This document shows, in pieces, positions 15,118-30,100 of a stretch of 64,000 bases of DNA (position 1 is the stretch's first letter; every line of letters begins with the position of its first letter). The notes beneath the pieces were generated by a model. The model searched no databases. It was not told the DNA's origin and saw nothing but the letters and a program-made list of their open reading frames with translations. A program made the position numbers and the translations under genes. Source of the DNA: Auanema rhodensis (taxonomy: Eukaryota > Animalia > Nematoda); NCBI GenBank assembly GCA_964057225.1, contig OZ059900.1, positions 6,510,001 through 6,574,000 of the forward strand. Reading direction: 5' to 3'.

Positions 15118-18100
15118 ATTATTTTATATTTATTATGTTTCACTAGATGTATTTCGAAAACAAATCATTACCATGTGTAATTTATTTTTGAATTACATCG
15201 CTTGTTTAATACCTAATAACGTTTTACTGCTAATACTGTTGTAAGTGCCTTTAATGCGCTGTTTTAAATAGTTATTGGCTTCAAATTCATAAAGCCAAGC
15301 TGAATTCTTATTGTCTTAACTACGTTTGTGGATAAGTATTCTTATTTTAAACTATTATCGTTGATATTAATATCTATTTTGTTGTCTGGAAACAATAAAA
15401 ACATAAAAATCCAATTGATTTGTTAGACAAGGCTCTTTTCAATATACCGACAGTTTTTTCTACAATATTACGCTAACATTTTAAGAATCACCACAACCAT
15501 TAGCGTTATCATCAACACTCATCAACAGCCCTATTCTTACTAGCAGCAGATATGATTCAGGAATAAATGAAAGATCCTTCGTTTGACAATCTTAGCAATA
15601 TGAGGACTATAAGCAAAAAGCCACAGCATATTGAACAGTAAGATATGTGGTCTATCATTATCTTAACATGTCATCTACATCTACTTTTCTGTCTTTTCAC
15701 TACATAGCTAAATGCCATTGACCCATTCTAAAGATTGAAATATTACAGCACACAATCAATCTACCGATAAAGAGAGGCGATTAGACAAAAATGATTTATT
15801 CAACAGTGTATATACAATAATGCGATGAAGGATAAAGAAACGATGAGAAAGAAGCGAGATCATCTCATCTCAAATACTACATTGTTTATTACTGATATAA
15901 ACATAGAATAAAGAGTGTTATTGATTATATATTATATACAATATGTGAGATTTATATTTCTCAACTTGGTTTATATTAAAAGCAAGTCTATTGCATTATC
16001 CTATATGTGAATATAATAAGTTGTGTAAGCAAATGACAGTGAAAATTTGTTCCTTTTCAATATAAAATCCTAGTAGTTGAAAAGCCAAAGGTTAATCAAG
16101 TGAATAGTATATATCTTCTTTTATTAACAAACACTTATGTTCCGTTTTTGAGAATATGACTAATAATTCGGAGAACTAACAGTGTGCATTAGAAATTCTA
16201 TTTTCATTATTTGCATAACCTGAATGAACACTATCCAATTTTGGTTATATAATTCTCGAATACAAACCAATAAAGCTATGGTTTTCATTTCACAACTATA
16301 TCTGCAAAGCATGACAACAGCTTGAACCTACATAGCTCAATGCTCTTCATTTTGAACTTTAAGTCTCTTATTTAGTAATAAAAACAGTTTTGTAAATGTG
16401 TGTATAAATGTGCTAGAAAAATAAAAAATGAAACCAAATTATCCGAATATGAATTCGAAAATATGAATCAGTTTTTGTGACTATTTGACTTCACATTTGA
16501 TGAGTTTGTCAGTTGACTCATCAGAAATACGTTTATTATTTCATTGTTTTCCATCCGAAAGCTTAATCTAATTGAAAAAAGTTGTATTCCTATTATTCTG
16601 AAATGAACAAGATTCAAAGAATATGAATAGGAATATAAGAATGATTTCCATATGTCATTCTCCTGCTTATTTCATATTTCCAACAAAAAAAATACCGCGA
16701 CATCCTTATGTCAATGCATTATAAATTATGAAGATATGATTTGAATGCAAAACAATATTTTTGTTATTGTTAAATATATTATTCTTATTATTGTATTGGC
16801 ATTAATAGCTGTTGAATTTCATCTATGTATATATTGATATTGATATATGTATTTATATATATTCTTATCCTTATGACCTCAATTTCCATTTCTCATTTTG
16901 ATATTTGCATTTGAAAAATAGGAAACTAATTATAAATTTTAAAAAAACATAGTTTGTTGTTTCTTCAATTTATGAATGTCTGAGCAATGAAGCAAACGTA
17001 ATTAAAACTTGAGATTTCAAGAATCAAAATAACATTTTTTCTCAAAAAGAAGAATGTTCAGTTCTATTTATTTTATTTCCAATTAACTAATTTGTTTTCA
17101 TTATTTTGCTTATTTGGCAAATTTCCTATCTGACGTTATTATGCAATTTAATAGTTTGAGATTTAACTGGCTTTTGAAATTTCTAATACATAAGGAGGAA
17201 AATGATTTTGATAAATTATATGAATTTATAATTTGTTTTTTATTTTTACATCTAGTTAATTCTAGTTAATCTATACATATACATATACATATACTAATTT
17301 TCACATTAACAAATACATATACATATTAATATACAGTGGCCTTAGTTTTTAAAATAAATTTTACATTTGCATAGTCGTAGAAAAGATGTTGTCATCAATT
17401 ATTTTCAATTAGAAATTTGAATGTTGTAGTAATGCAGCAAATTTTGTCACTTCTCATTAAGTTTACAGAGCTTGCGGACAGCACAATAAAGTTGGCAATT
17501 CAAGTATACTTTCAAGAGTTTTGCACTTGAGACAACAATTTGTAATTTCTCAAACTTGGTTTTCTCTTTTTTTTAAACATTTTCACGCTTCTTTTTCGGA
17601 GTGACTTTCAGTTCTAGCTGACCAATGTTGTAGTTGACTTATATATTTTACCACAATGATGAGAAATCTCAAAAATTTTATCATACTTTGTTCATAATTT
17701 CAAACACTTATCGATTTTTCATATTAATTTTTTTGGCGATGAGCCAGATATATTAAGAAGCGCTGTCATCACATTTACTTGTTTATATCCCGCTCACTTT
17801 CTGAAAGATATAAAAATACTTTTTTACTCACATTTTTACATCTTTTATTATGAACGCTTTATAGGTAGTTTGCTTTTTTTACTATGTATCTTCATATAAT
17901 AATAGTATTTGTAATCCATGCTATTCTCTGTAGTTATTTTGCTATTTTACAATATATTCTTCTTATAATATTATATATATTTACTCAGTCTTTCCATTTG
18001 TTCTGATATTATAATCCAAATGAGCATTCATACAATTGCGCCACTTGATCTTCGTGCTCATTTATGAACCTTGAAGAAAAAAAATCCGTCTACAAATTTA

Positions 18101-21100
18101 TAATTTGCGTGAGACGAGTAGAGAAATGATCGCTAGCGAGTGTCATCGAACAATTGACACCTGATACCTTCCTTGTCTTAACTACACTCGTTGGCTAACC
18201 CACGCTTTTCTTCATATTTCCTTACAAGGCGTCTTCGTTTTCGCTTTTTTGTCTTGCTTTCGGAAATTTATTTCCAACCATTTTTAAGAGAAGAAAAATT
18301 TAAAATTTTTTGTTTTTTTTCTTAGAAGATTAACTTTATTTGTGTTGTTTTTTTCTTTGATCTTTCCACATTAATAACATGTTCTCTTTCATCTTTCTTC
18401 TCCACAAACCTTTGATCATTTTTGAACAATTAGCTCAGCTTGCATTGAAGAAAGAAAAATGTTATTTATAAGCTAGCTGGTCATTTATGCATATAAATAA
18501 AAATGACAAATTCTCGGATTAATCCGTTAAGTATGCACATTTGGCTTCATAGAAGTAGTTTCGCTTGGATGTTTATCGAAACTAAGAACTAATATTTAGT
18601 TGCAAATTAACGACAAATGCGTTATAGCATTGGTAGTAAACGAAGGATTAAGTTAAATGGAAAAGATTTAGTGTGGAATTGTTCTTGGTGTAGAAGAGTA
18701 AACCTAATTGATTACTAACGCTTACTCTGGCAGTTTCAGAGAATTTGACACCAAACGTTTATATTTTGAACTCAATATGTAATGATGCATGTAATGTTGC
18801 ATTTATTACCTGTTGTCCGTAGAGAGGCTATTTTACTTCAAAAGTACCTCATATGCTCTGAATATTGGAACAATCAAAGTTCAGCCTGAATATTTTCGCC
18901 AATGGTTTGTTTTAGATTAAAAAACAGAGCACATAGTCTCAATTGAATGAAGGCAAATATACAATCAGTATATTTCTCTAAATTGTTTTATTTATGGTTA
19001 TTAAGCTTCATAAATAAAAGTAATTATGCTTTCGTTGTTTGAATGCTTTTTTCTATTTGTTACACAATCTCATCTTTGTATATTCACTCATACTTTGAGT
19101 TTGAAAGTGATGTGTAAGTATGCTTATGTGTTTTCTGTTTTTTGTTTGTTTTTGGGTCTTCTGCTCTCGAATCTTAATGAAAATGAAAAAAATGGCTGAA
19201 AATTGAGAAAAATGCCGTTAGCCTCAGATATTATTGTTTTAATGTGAAACGTCTACAATTCACAATTTTATCTTCGTCATTCACATTTGTGCTTTCACGT
19301 CAATCTGAAAAAAGCTTTAATAGATTTTTTTCATATTTTCATTTTGCTCTTAGTTCCTACAACTTCAATGACTCTGATTTTTTGCTTGCTCCGTATACCA
19401 AATTGCGTTTCATCAATCTAATAGATCAACTCACAAAATTGCTTTTTTAAATTCTTCCGGCTTTAACGAAACATTGAAAACATGCCTCAATGCCTACTTG
19501 CTGTCATTAAAGTCATAAACTCAGCATGGCTCATAAATCGAAAATGTTCAGATTTTTGAGCTATATTTCTAGACAAATAATCAGAAAAAAAAACATGAAA
19601 CCAACCGCTGTTTTTTCATCTAGATATAGTCAGAGAGGAAAATAAAAAATAGGCTTAATATCTATAGCTGTTTTGGTTTTTTCGCTTGATCAGAGTATGA
19701 TGAAGCCTGAAATAAGACGATTACATGCTGGTTTAGGGAAACTATTTGAGATTTATTTTAATAAATATCATTTTATTAAAAATTATATAAGTAGAATGAG
19801 TTATTCAATGAGCATTCTCAAACTCTTATAGTCAATATGAATCCTTTCAGCGAGAATTATTGTCTTTTTTCTCATCCTAAACGTATTTACACATTGGATA
19901 AATAATATGAAATAGTAGTGATGCGGTTGGCACTTGGATAACCACTATCTTTCTCTTTTAGCACTTCTTTCTTTCTTCCACTTCAAGGACACTACTGCTG
20001 AAACAGCCTGTGTGAGGGCTTTTGTTGAATAGTGACAGCTACATTGGCTATCTTAAGCTATTTTTCACAATCATTGCTGTGGCTGAAAAAAATGCGTTTT
20101 TTGATGTTCTAATCTCACCACTTACTCTGCCTCACGTTTTATTTTCACTGCACTGAAGACATTGTGGTCACATATCTCTTTGCATCTCAAATTTTTTTCT
20201 TTTGACATCTATTACGGAATTATCTGGGACGTGCTTAGATTGTACTTTGGTTTTGTTCAAGATTATCAATGCGATGCTTTACTTTAAAGTTGTGTAGCAT
20301 AACTTTGTTGTACAAATTTTAAAAAAACCTCAAAGCTCATCACTTCATCAACTTATTTTCTCCTTGTTTCTGAAATTCTAACTTAAAAATTATTTCTCTA
20401 TTTGCTATAGAAAGAATGCATTGAAAAAAAATTAAATTGACTGAATGCTCGTATTTTCGGCTTCTTTTTATTTCTCTCATTGTAATTTCCTTTTTTTGAA
20501 TGCTTTTTTATCTCAGTCAATTTCTGTTGTTCTCATCGTTTTTGGTCATTTGCAATTCAATCATCATAGCCTGTCTGCTTCTAAGAGCTGGTGCTAAATA
20601 GATATTGGAAACCAAATGTTATAAAAGAACACAAGCTTTTACGCTCTTTTCTAGTTTATATATCAAATTTGACATGTTTGTTTATATGTACTAGAATATC
20701 GGTTATTATTAATTTTTCTCAAACAGTTTATGTACTATATTTGCCACTTTCTTATTTTCTTTATCTGTATTGTTAGTTTTTCTTCTCATTTGACAAATTT
20801 ATTGAAATAATTTAATATTTATTGAACCCATCTGCTATATAATATCATTTTCGTGAGGACGAAAATCAGTGCAGAAGCAGAAAACTGATTAGTCAATGTG
20901 TAAGTTCAACATAAACTGCCGAAACTGATGATGTTGATATTTAATTCTTTTTGTTTCTACGTTGTACTCTTTGAAATTTTTGAAACATTGATCTGATATT
21001 GTTGTTTATCAATGTTATTTTTCTTATTTCAACGCAGAGTAAACAAAAACTTTAGAATTGGTTCGTAATCTTGAATAAGTTAATATCTTAAACTAACGAT

Positions 21101-24100
21101 ATAGATAGATATGTTATGTAACTAAAATACTAAGTGTAGCCACATTTACATGCATAATTTGCGGTAAATTACGTAAATCTTAAAGTACAATTTCGGTCAT
21201 AAAACAAATAAGCTCACTATGAGCTTCAAAATAAATTTGAATCTTTTTTTTGTTCATTTGCTTGTCTTAATAGTTTTATAGTCGTTCAGATGAAATAGAA
21301 TTATTTTGCTATAGCTCTTGATTTTGCGAGGGAAATTGAGATTTTCGGTGTTGTACATTCTTTGTCACTTCAGCTAGAACAAATTAAAAAGAAGTTGAAT
21401 TGAAAAAGCTGGAAAATGGATAATGAAGAAAACGTCGTTCATACAAAGTTCCTTTTTCATTATTGGTTCCTTGTTTTCTCTCAGTTGCAGCACCCGTAGT
21501 AGTTCTATTCAATATTTTCAAAAAAATTATTTAAGTGATTTCGCGAATGTTTCACCCAAATTCTGAATCTAAATACAGAACAAATTATACTTAGGTCTAT
21601 TCATCCTATTGTGTTAATGGGCATGCCTCCATATGGGTGCTTAAACGCCAATATGAAGTAAGCTACATATCTTTTGGAACAATCGGCTTTGCTTTTCAGT
21701 TTCACGTAGTTGGTGAAAGTGCATTCATTCACAGAGCTGTCTGTTCTATATAGTGTAGTATTCTCAAACTTTCCAACTCAAGTGAAAATAACAATTAAAC
21801 ACATATACATGGGTACATATCCTGCAACATTCTGTTCTTTGGATTACATTTCGCTTCTCCAATTAAAATTTTACTATGCATATTCGTCTATTTGCGCATC
21901 GCCGACACAATTGCTGATTATAGCTAGTGAGATAGATAAAAGGATGGAGTAGTTCATTTTCGCTCTTTTTACTTCTATGTAAACCTTTTTTTGGCAACTC
22001 TACGTTTTTTTCTCGTATTTAATTATTCGTTTACATTTTATGCTCTAGATATATGTTTCTTTCAAGCTGCAATTTCTCCATTATGCAACATACAAGGCAT
22101 TTCTTATAAAGCCTCCTCTCGTTTTTTAATCACAACCCAGCATGTAATATATCAATGAAACATTTTGAATTCGCATCTTTGATTTATTTTTTGACGACAA
22201 AAAATCCCCACAAATGATTGTCAAAAGCTTTCAATAGCATTACAAATGTATTTTTCAAGCAAAAGTTTCAAAACTGATCGCAAACCAATCTTACTAGTTA
22301 TTACTTTTCAAAATTTGTAGTTCTCTCAATTTTTTCTGCGAAACGTTCATTGATTATACTCTTTGATTATTATTTTTTCTTCATTTAACTACATTTTGGA
22401 ACATATCGAATTAGAATATAATTAGTATTCGAAATATTATATTACGCGATGTAGATATATGATTGTTCATTTCAATATCGCATTTACTCCATTTAGTTAC
22501 GTGATATGCACATGATCTTGATTATCAAAGTCAATTAAGCAACTATGAGAGTGAGATTTTCAGCGTATAGCAAGCATATATACATATAGTATGTTGCAGT
22601 TTCTCTAATGTTCTTTTTGAAACACTTTGATGCTTTCTATGTCACATGGTTTTCACCTTTTACAAGTTCACTCATCAAATATTAGTTTAAATGTTATGAC
22701 ACAACAAACTTAAAATTTTCTCACACTTTTTGAATTTAGAGTTTAAATACTTTATGTTATTGCACTCATTTTTAGTCATTTTCGTGGAAATTCTTACTGT
22801 TCGTAATTTTGAACAGCTCCATGATCATTTCAAGGACTTGAGTTGCTTGTTTTTGCCAGACTAATCCTTTATTCACAGAATACTTTATGTTTTTTGATTG
22901 TTGTTCATTGAGACATTTTCCAAATATGAAATGATATAAGTAAGCCAATCAACTGCTTCTCTCTCAGCAACCAAAAAAAAAGATTAAAAAGAGGGAAACC
23001 CAGTATAAATTCGGATTTATTCATGTCATAGTGATTGATCCGTGAGAATCCGATCTGTTGTTTTATAATCAAAATGAAACAATTGTCAATAGCATTCTTG
23101 TTCAAAAACATATTTTTATATTTCAAATGGAAATATTTGCTCTGAGTTTGGCACATTACGCTTATATTCTTTATTTCCGTGTCTTCCCTTAAACTTCGTT
23201 CATTTTCCTGTCATTCACGTTGTCTTCTTCTTCTTCTTTATGCGCTAATAGCTCACATTATCGCAACATATGGCCGAGATCTCACATGTCGTTCGCGTAT
23301 GCTTCAACTACAAAGTAATTTCTATTGCCAATGGTCAAGATCTTATTCACATAATGTCTCTTTAATGTTTCCTGTTTCCTTTTCGTGCCCTTCTCATCCA
23401 TGCTACCCTCTTCATCCCACTCACAGAGCTGTCTAAGTACTTCCCTCCATTCATGTATTTCAAATGAACTTGGTGATTTCTTTAGAGATTTAGCGGAGGA
23501 AACTGAACTTCCAGCCGTTCACAATCTGTCACCAACAAAATGTTTCATGTTTTAGCGAAATATTTCATTTTCTAATACAATTTACTATCCATTAACCCTT
23601 TGAGCTTTTTGAAGCTATGAAGTTTTGTTCTCAAGGCATTTCGATCTTTTATGTTTCATATCTTCAATGTTCTTTGATTCTGCATAAATCTAATATCTCA
23701 TTACTCATGAGTGAAATAATGAAAAACGAAATCAAAAGGAATATAAATGAAGCAAAAGTACTTGGCACATTCGCTTTCGTTTCATCTATCTTTTAATTTT
23801 TATATTTTTTGTTGTGGATATTCTAAAGACATTAATACTTCAATTCCTACTTCCAATCAGCCACTTTATAAAGAATGAAAAGAAATATGAAATGAATTGC
23901 ATTTCAAGAAATAGAACATTATTTCATTTAAATACTTTATGTGCTCATTCCAACTTATGTTATATAAGTTATGGTTTTTGATATTTTATCGTTGTTAATA
24001 AGCCAGTAGTTATTGCTTTTCTCATCTTATTCAGCTCAGACATATATCAAAATATATATTTATTATATAGAAAGAATATGAGCATAACGATAAAGAAGAA

Positions 24101-27100
24101 TAAAATATGATTGAACTTTAAACGAGCTTCTTGCATATTTGTCTTTCTGTGTTATTCTTACTATACTCTCATAAAGTACCTACTTTATATATTTTTTTAT
24201 ACTCTAGAATTCTCACATAAGCTTTTTTCGTGAAATAAAATGAGAATATATGAGGCTCTCTAAGCTTTTTTCCCCATTAAGATAAAAGTATTAGAATGGT
24301 TGATGCTCTTTTTTGTAAATTCTTTGTAGAGTCTTATAACGGTTATCTTCCTTATTCCCTGATCTTATGTAATCCGTTTGGCCCATTTTAATTCAAAAAA
24401 AAATGCGAAAGCCATAACCCTCACGTTTTTTAACTCTATACAACGTGCTTTCGTTCTAATTCATTCTTTTTTCTATTATGCTTTAGCTTTTCTTTTATTT
24501 TTTTTGTTAAAGTGTAGTTATTCTTTTTTCTCTCTTATCTATCCAGTTTTCATCATTCAATTCAAAAATGCTTTCTCTATTTCTATTTCATTCTTTTTCC
24601 AAGAATATAAGCTCTTAAACAGCTCACAAAACTGGCCGTTGTTCTTGCTTTGGCAGTGGCAAGCCATTTAGTACTGCTTGTCATCTTGTGACATCCTCCT
24701 CTCTCAATCTTTCATTTTCTCGTTCAATTTCCTTTTTTATTCTCTTTTATTCCTATCAATCTAGCACAGCGCTTATCTCATATCTGCAATTTTATTCAGC
24801 TTATCTTTCCGCTGGGATATTATTATTTTGCACCTTACTTTTGCATAAGCATTGTTTCATTTGTAATCATGCCATTGTCCTTTTTAAATTTTCGTTGTTT
24901 TGACAATCAGATATTATTATTCTACTTTATAGAGATATCGTGCACTTGCTTTTACTTTTGATACATCTCTCATGTCAAAACTTTCATCTGTTCCATTGAA
25001 AGAGAAACATATTCTCATAGTGAGACATGCTATCCTAATCAGACAGCTAATTAGCCTTCAAAATATTCTTTGCATTCACTTCATTTCGTGCTTTAAAAAC
25101 TCTTATTCACCCATTTGGCAACATTCATATATTTCAATTTCTCAGAAGAAACTGCAAAAACAACAGAGTTGTGCTGTATAGTTTTATCTTTTCACATGCA
25201 ACTAGAGTCTTTATTTTTTCAGAATAATGTTTATATGATAATGATAATAACTAAAGTATTAGTGAATATATTTGGCAAGTACTTTATGTCTTGAACCCAA
25301 TTTTGATTTTTTTAAATTTTAATTATACTTTCTCACTGAATGTCATAAAAAATGGGTATATGTTGCTGGTATTAGCAAGTATTCGCTCTTTTCACCCTTT
25401 TATCTGTTTTTACGTAGAGTGCAATAAGAGTGCATTACGATATAAATTTAGATTAACTTCATTGCCCTTTATGTAATGAGCTTTATTTTAATTTTTCATT
25501 CATCATTTCGTTCTGATAGCTATGTGAGCTGTTTTGCGAGATCTTAAAAAACTTTTACCATTTGAAATCCTTTCCGCAAATCATCCTTGTAAAATAAAAA
25601 GATGTTTTACTTAAATGATTAGAATATGCCCTGTCATGCATGCACTGATGTATTTAACATCAATGTACTTCTCAGATGCAGAAACATTTTGTCTCTTAGT
25701 CATGTGTCTAGAAATGAAAAAAAATGGCTACACATGAAATATTTCAATTATATGAACATTTTAAAGTGTAGCTTAAACGTGTACTATTAGGCTATGTTTT
25801 CAGTTTCTTAAAAAAAGAGAATATCTGGTAGATTTGATGAAAAAATCTGGCTTCAACAAGCAGAAACATCGGATCCAAAAAATAAACAAACGTTTCTCCC
25901 TCTATTCACTAAGCTCATTCATTTCAATTTCTTTGAAATATTTGGTAGATCAGATTGCATCTCTTTTTTTTTTGATTTTTCGACTTGTTCCACTCTTTTT
26001 ACTCCCTCACCGCTTACTCACTGAAGCACATATACTAACATGTGTAACACAGCTACTTGCCAGCCGTTTTTTCATCTCTTGCTTATTCGGATGTGCCTAA
26101 AAAATACATTTTGATTCGGTTACAGAGAAGTAGGAAGTAGAAAGAATATACAAATTAACTTAAACTTTTCTTGTTATTGTTGACATTTGACTGAGGTTTT
26201 CTCGTATAAACAGGCAATTGTGCATCTGCGAAAATTCGTGGTTTTATATCTGTGTGAATTCTTCAATGAAAATTTAGAAATGAATTGAAAGAGTTTTTTC
26301 TTCTTCTTTTTCACATTTTGGATAGTATATATAAAATTCTACTTTATTCTTCAACTATTTCCAACTCGTGTTGTTTCACTTGATGATGTAGTCTCGTTAC
26401 TTCCTCAGACTTCCGAAATCTGAAAACGTAATTTACGTTTCTTTCCGATTGGGTAATGGACCACACATAATTACGTGGCATTCGATCTGATTTGCTCGAA
26501 AATTTGATAAAATTCAGCACAAATCAATCAGTCTGTCAAACTGCTGTAGTGATTTTTCCACTTTTTCATGAAGTTGTCTTCGACATTAAGATCTCAGCGT
26601 CATTTATTTCATAATATATATTTCCTCTGGAAATCCAGCGATTCCAAGAAAAAAGGGAAGAAAATTTTCTCCACTTCCTCATAGTCTTAATGGGCTCGTT
26701 GGTATTGGATAAGGAAATTCAAGCCTTCTAAATCAGTTTTCTGATTTCTTTCGTCAAATACACTGAAAATTAATGCTATTTTCTGTCATCTCTGATAGTT
26801 AAATGAATTGTGAATTGGACAAACAACTGAAAAGGCTTCAAGAATCATAAATAAGATACTGATGGTTTATATAGTATGACTAGAACATAACAAGAAACGA
26901 TAGTCGTCAAATCAGCTTTTTCTACTTTTAAATATTTTTGAAACATACTAAAGCTTGAAACTTAAGAAAAAACTCTCAACACTTTCTGCTTCGGTTTCCA
27001 AAGGAGTTGTCTAATATTTGTTTTATTATGAGATCGTCGATGATCCTATCGAATAATCATGTAAATGCATAATATATCTAATATTATAGTATATGAAACC

Positions 27101-30100
27101 TTTACTTTAAAAATAATATATTTCTTCCTGTTTTTAAGTTCAATCTTATAAAATGCAATGAGGTTGTGCAAAAGATTGACTGAGAATGTTTTCAAATTTA
27201 TTATCATAGTTTGCTTATGGCTTAAGCTAAGGTAGTTTTCATTAAATACTTTATCCCGTATCAAGATGTGAAGTTATTTGTTTTTTTTATAAGAAAATTA
27301 TAACAAAAGTTCTATTCTGAAAACTGATTAATAATCTGAACAATACCTTTGAAATAAACATTGCGCTCATAATAATTTTTCACCTTTATTGCGTATTCAT
27401 TGTTAGAAAGTGAAAAAAGAGTTATCTGTGCTTTTATACAAAGTATTGAGAAATAGTTTTTAAGAATAACAACCTGAACGCGTGCTTACTCTAGGCATGT
27501 TACACCTGGGCGCAAATTCCAAACAAATGGCATACATAATGCAAATGGCAGATTAGAAAGTCATATGAATGGTGCAATATAGTATTGCATATAGTTTATG
27601 CAAGGTACTTGAATTGACTCACGCAAATGATTTCTTGGTTTTTCGTGTTTTTCGTGTTTTTCCAGGTTATTTTTTGGTTGACTTCGTTTTCTATCTTGCT
27701 TTTCTATTTTTAATTTCTGTAGATACTTCATATTTTCTGATGCTCTTGCATCCTCTTATTCTTTTTTCTTTCTGCATTTTCTTTAGTAATTTTAGATTTA
27801 CAAACATACGCACACTTAAGACATTACACACTTAGCCCATTTAATATCTAATTTTATTTTCTCCATTTCTAACATAAATAAACATTTTGTATGATATCTT
27901 CTTCTAATATCTACTTCTGTTCACATTAAACGATTAGTTTCTTTTACTTAAGTTATTTTTCGTTGATTCCATGCAAGTACAGCTGTTTGAAAATGACCTT
28001 TTCTTCTGTAATGTATCTCATCTGTTATAATTTAATCTGCTCTTGATATTTATTCAAAACAGATATTTTGAATTATGCCCTTATGATATATGACTATGTC
28101 GTTTTCAATTAACGATGTAAAAATATATTGATGTCAGAGTTTTACAAGCAATGTTTTGATTTCAAAAAATTTCACTTGACATCTGATCACCAATTTTTTT
28201 TTAGAAATAATCCATGAAAGAGTTTGGAAACTTGCTTTAAACTAGTGGGATATACTTCTCTACTCGGATGACATCACATTATTGATAGTCATAGATTTAA
28301 TCTTCATTTCATCATTGTTTATTGCTCATGTTCATGTTGTGCTACAGGGCAACAACATAACAAACAATATGATACATGTATGTATATCTAGCTAAGTGAA
28401 ATTTAGTTCAATTCTTCGCTTCTTCGTGTTTGACTTTTGTTCCTTTTTTATGTTGTTGTCAGATTTGGTCATGATAGGGAAGAAAAAAATGTTGCTTAAA
28501 CAGATAAAGCATTTCAAAAATTTGAGGAAAAGATAATCTACTCATTTAGAATACAAATCTTTTTTCGCTTCCGCATCAGAAGCATAGCAGCTTGTTAGAA
28601 AGTTAGCGATTTCATTGCGTTTTCTTCTAAATATTTCTGTTCATATTTCTTTTATGAATGTTATTTATGGTGTTATTCTTAATTAGAGTATAATCTGTTA
28701 TTTCTGTTTCGCAAAATGCAGCTTCTTTAGAAGAGCTTAGTATCATTAATCTATGCAAGTATAACATATGCAGAAACAAAAGACACTTTGCCCATCTTTA
28801 TATTCAGTTCATATCTATTTCTACGTCATAACTTACAGACGCTTCTTGACTTATGAATACAATATTTGTTTTGTTTTTGCAACTGTCTTTGAATTATTTT
28901 TCTAAGGATTGCTGCAAATGATGTGAATTCAAAAATTCACCAAAACATTTGGAAATTATTAGAATTTTGTGCTGTTATTCTTATAAACGTCGAAAAGAGT
29001 AATATGAGATTTTTCATTCTGAAATATACTCTGCTCAAATTAAAATAATCTAATTTTTTTCACAAATTATAAAATATCTTGAGAAATATATATATACTTA
29101 GCTAATTATAATCGAATTGCTCTCCGTGCCAAACTTTACCTGTATCTTGACTCTACCACATAATTAAGCAATACGATGTTAACTTAATTTTCTTTTCTAA
29201 TAATTTTTTTATTTAATTATAACATTTGCTCATTGACTACGTTAGTACATGTAGAAAATCAGTCTTTTTCCTCATAATTTCTTCATTTCGTCTTTGTTTT
29301 TTGTTTAAAATACAAAAGCTCCCTCATATATCATGATATACTGGTAAGTTCTGCATGTTTTGATTACATTGTAACTATATTGACTAAGCAGATGCTATTT
29401 TAATATAAAATGAATATAATTCCACTCATCTTTTGATATCCAAAGCGAAATACTGCTGTTTTCACTATAATGACTATTTTCTCAGACAATACAATATATT
29501 TATACATATATGTCAAACAATTTCTCAGTCCCACGTAATTGTGTGCATCATGCCCTAATTTCTCGAGAAATGAAGAAATTTATGTATTCATCATGCTACA
29601 ATTTATGCATGCCAGTTGGTTGAATTTACAATTAAAAATCGGGAAAACGAAAATTTTGAAATATATATTAATTTTGCAAACAATGCTATGAATATGCTTC
29701 ACCGGATATTTCGTAATGATGTCATGAAAAGTTATTGTTCATATTCAATTATAATGCATGATGCTTTGTTTATATTTAGATTATCACTGAACCACAATTA
29801 TTGAACTATGATTTCTAATTTACAAAGAATAATTGTAAACGCATATGTAGCTTTGACATTTTTTTTCTGAACCAATAGAAATCTGGGTTAATAAATATGT
29901 GAGAAAAGCCATGAGGCTATAAGCAATTAAAGTGAAAAATTGTAGTCGTTGGTCTCTTGGCCTATAATTTTCAATTGTAAATATGAGTTTCTATGTATGG
30001 ATTTTGGGAATCTTGTACGCGTCTGCAGGCTGAAAGCCACTGATTTAAACCTGCTATTGGTAATCATGTGAGAGATTGTATTTTCAACGAAAAAACAATA

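Noticed and set aside
26380-26490. TGATGA...CTGA C/D-box snoRNA-like spacing
   Set aside because: No terminal stem and no recognisable rRNA-complementary guide; both boxes are common in AT-rich DNA.
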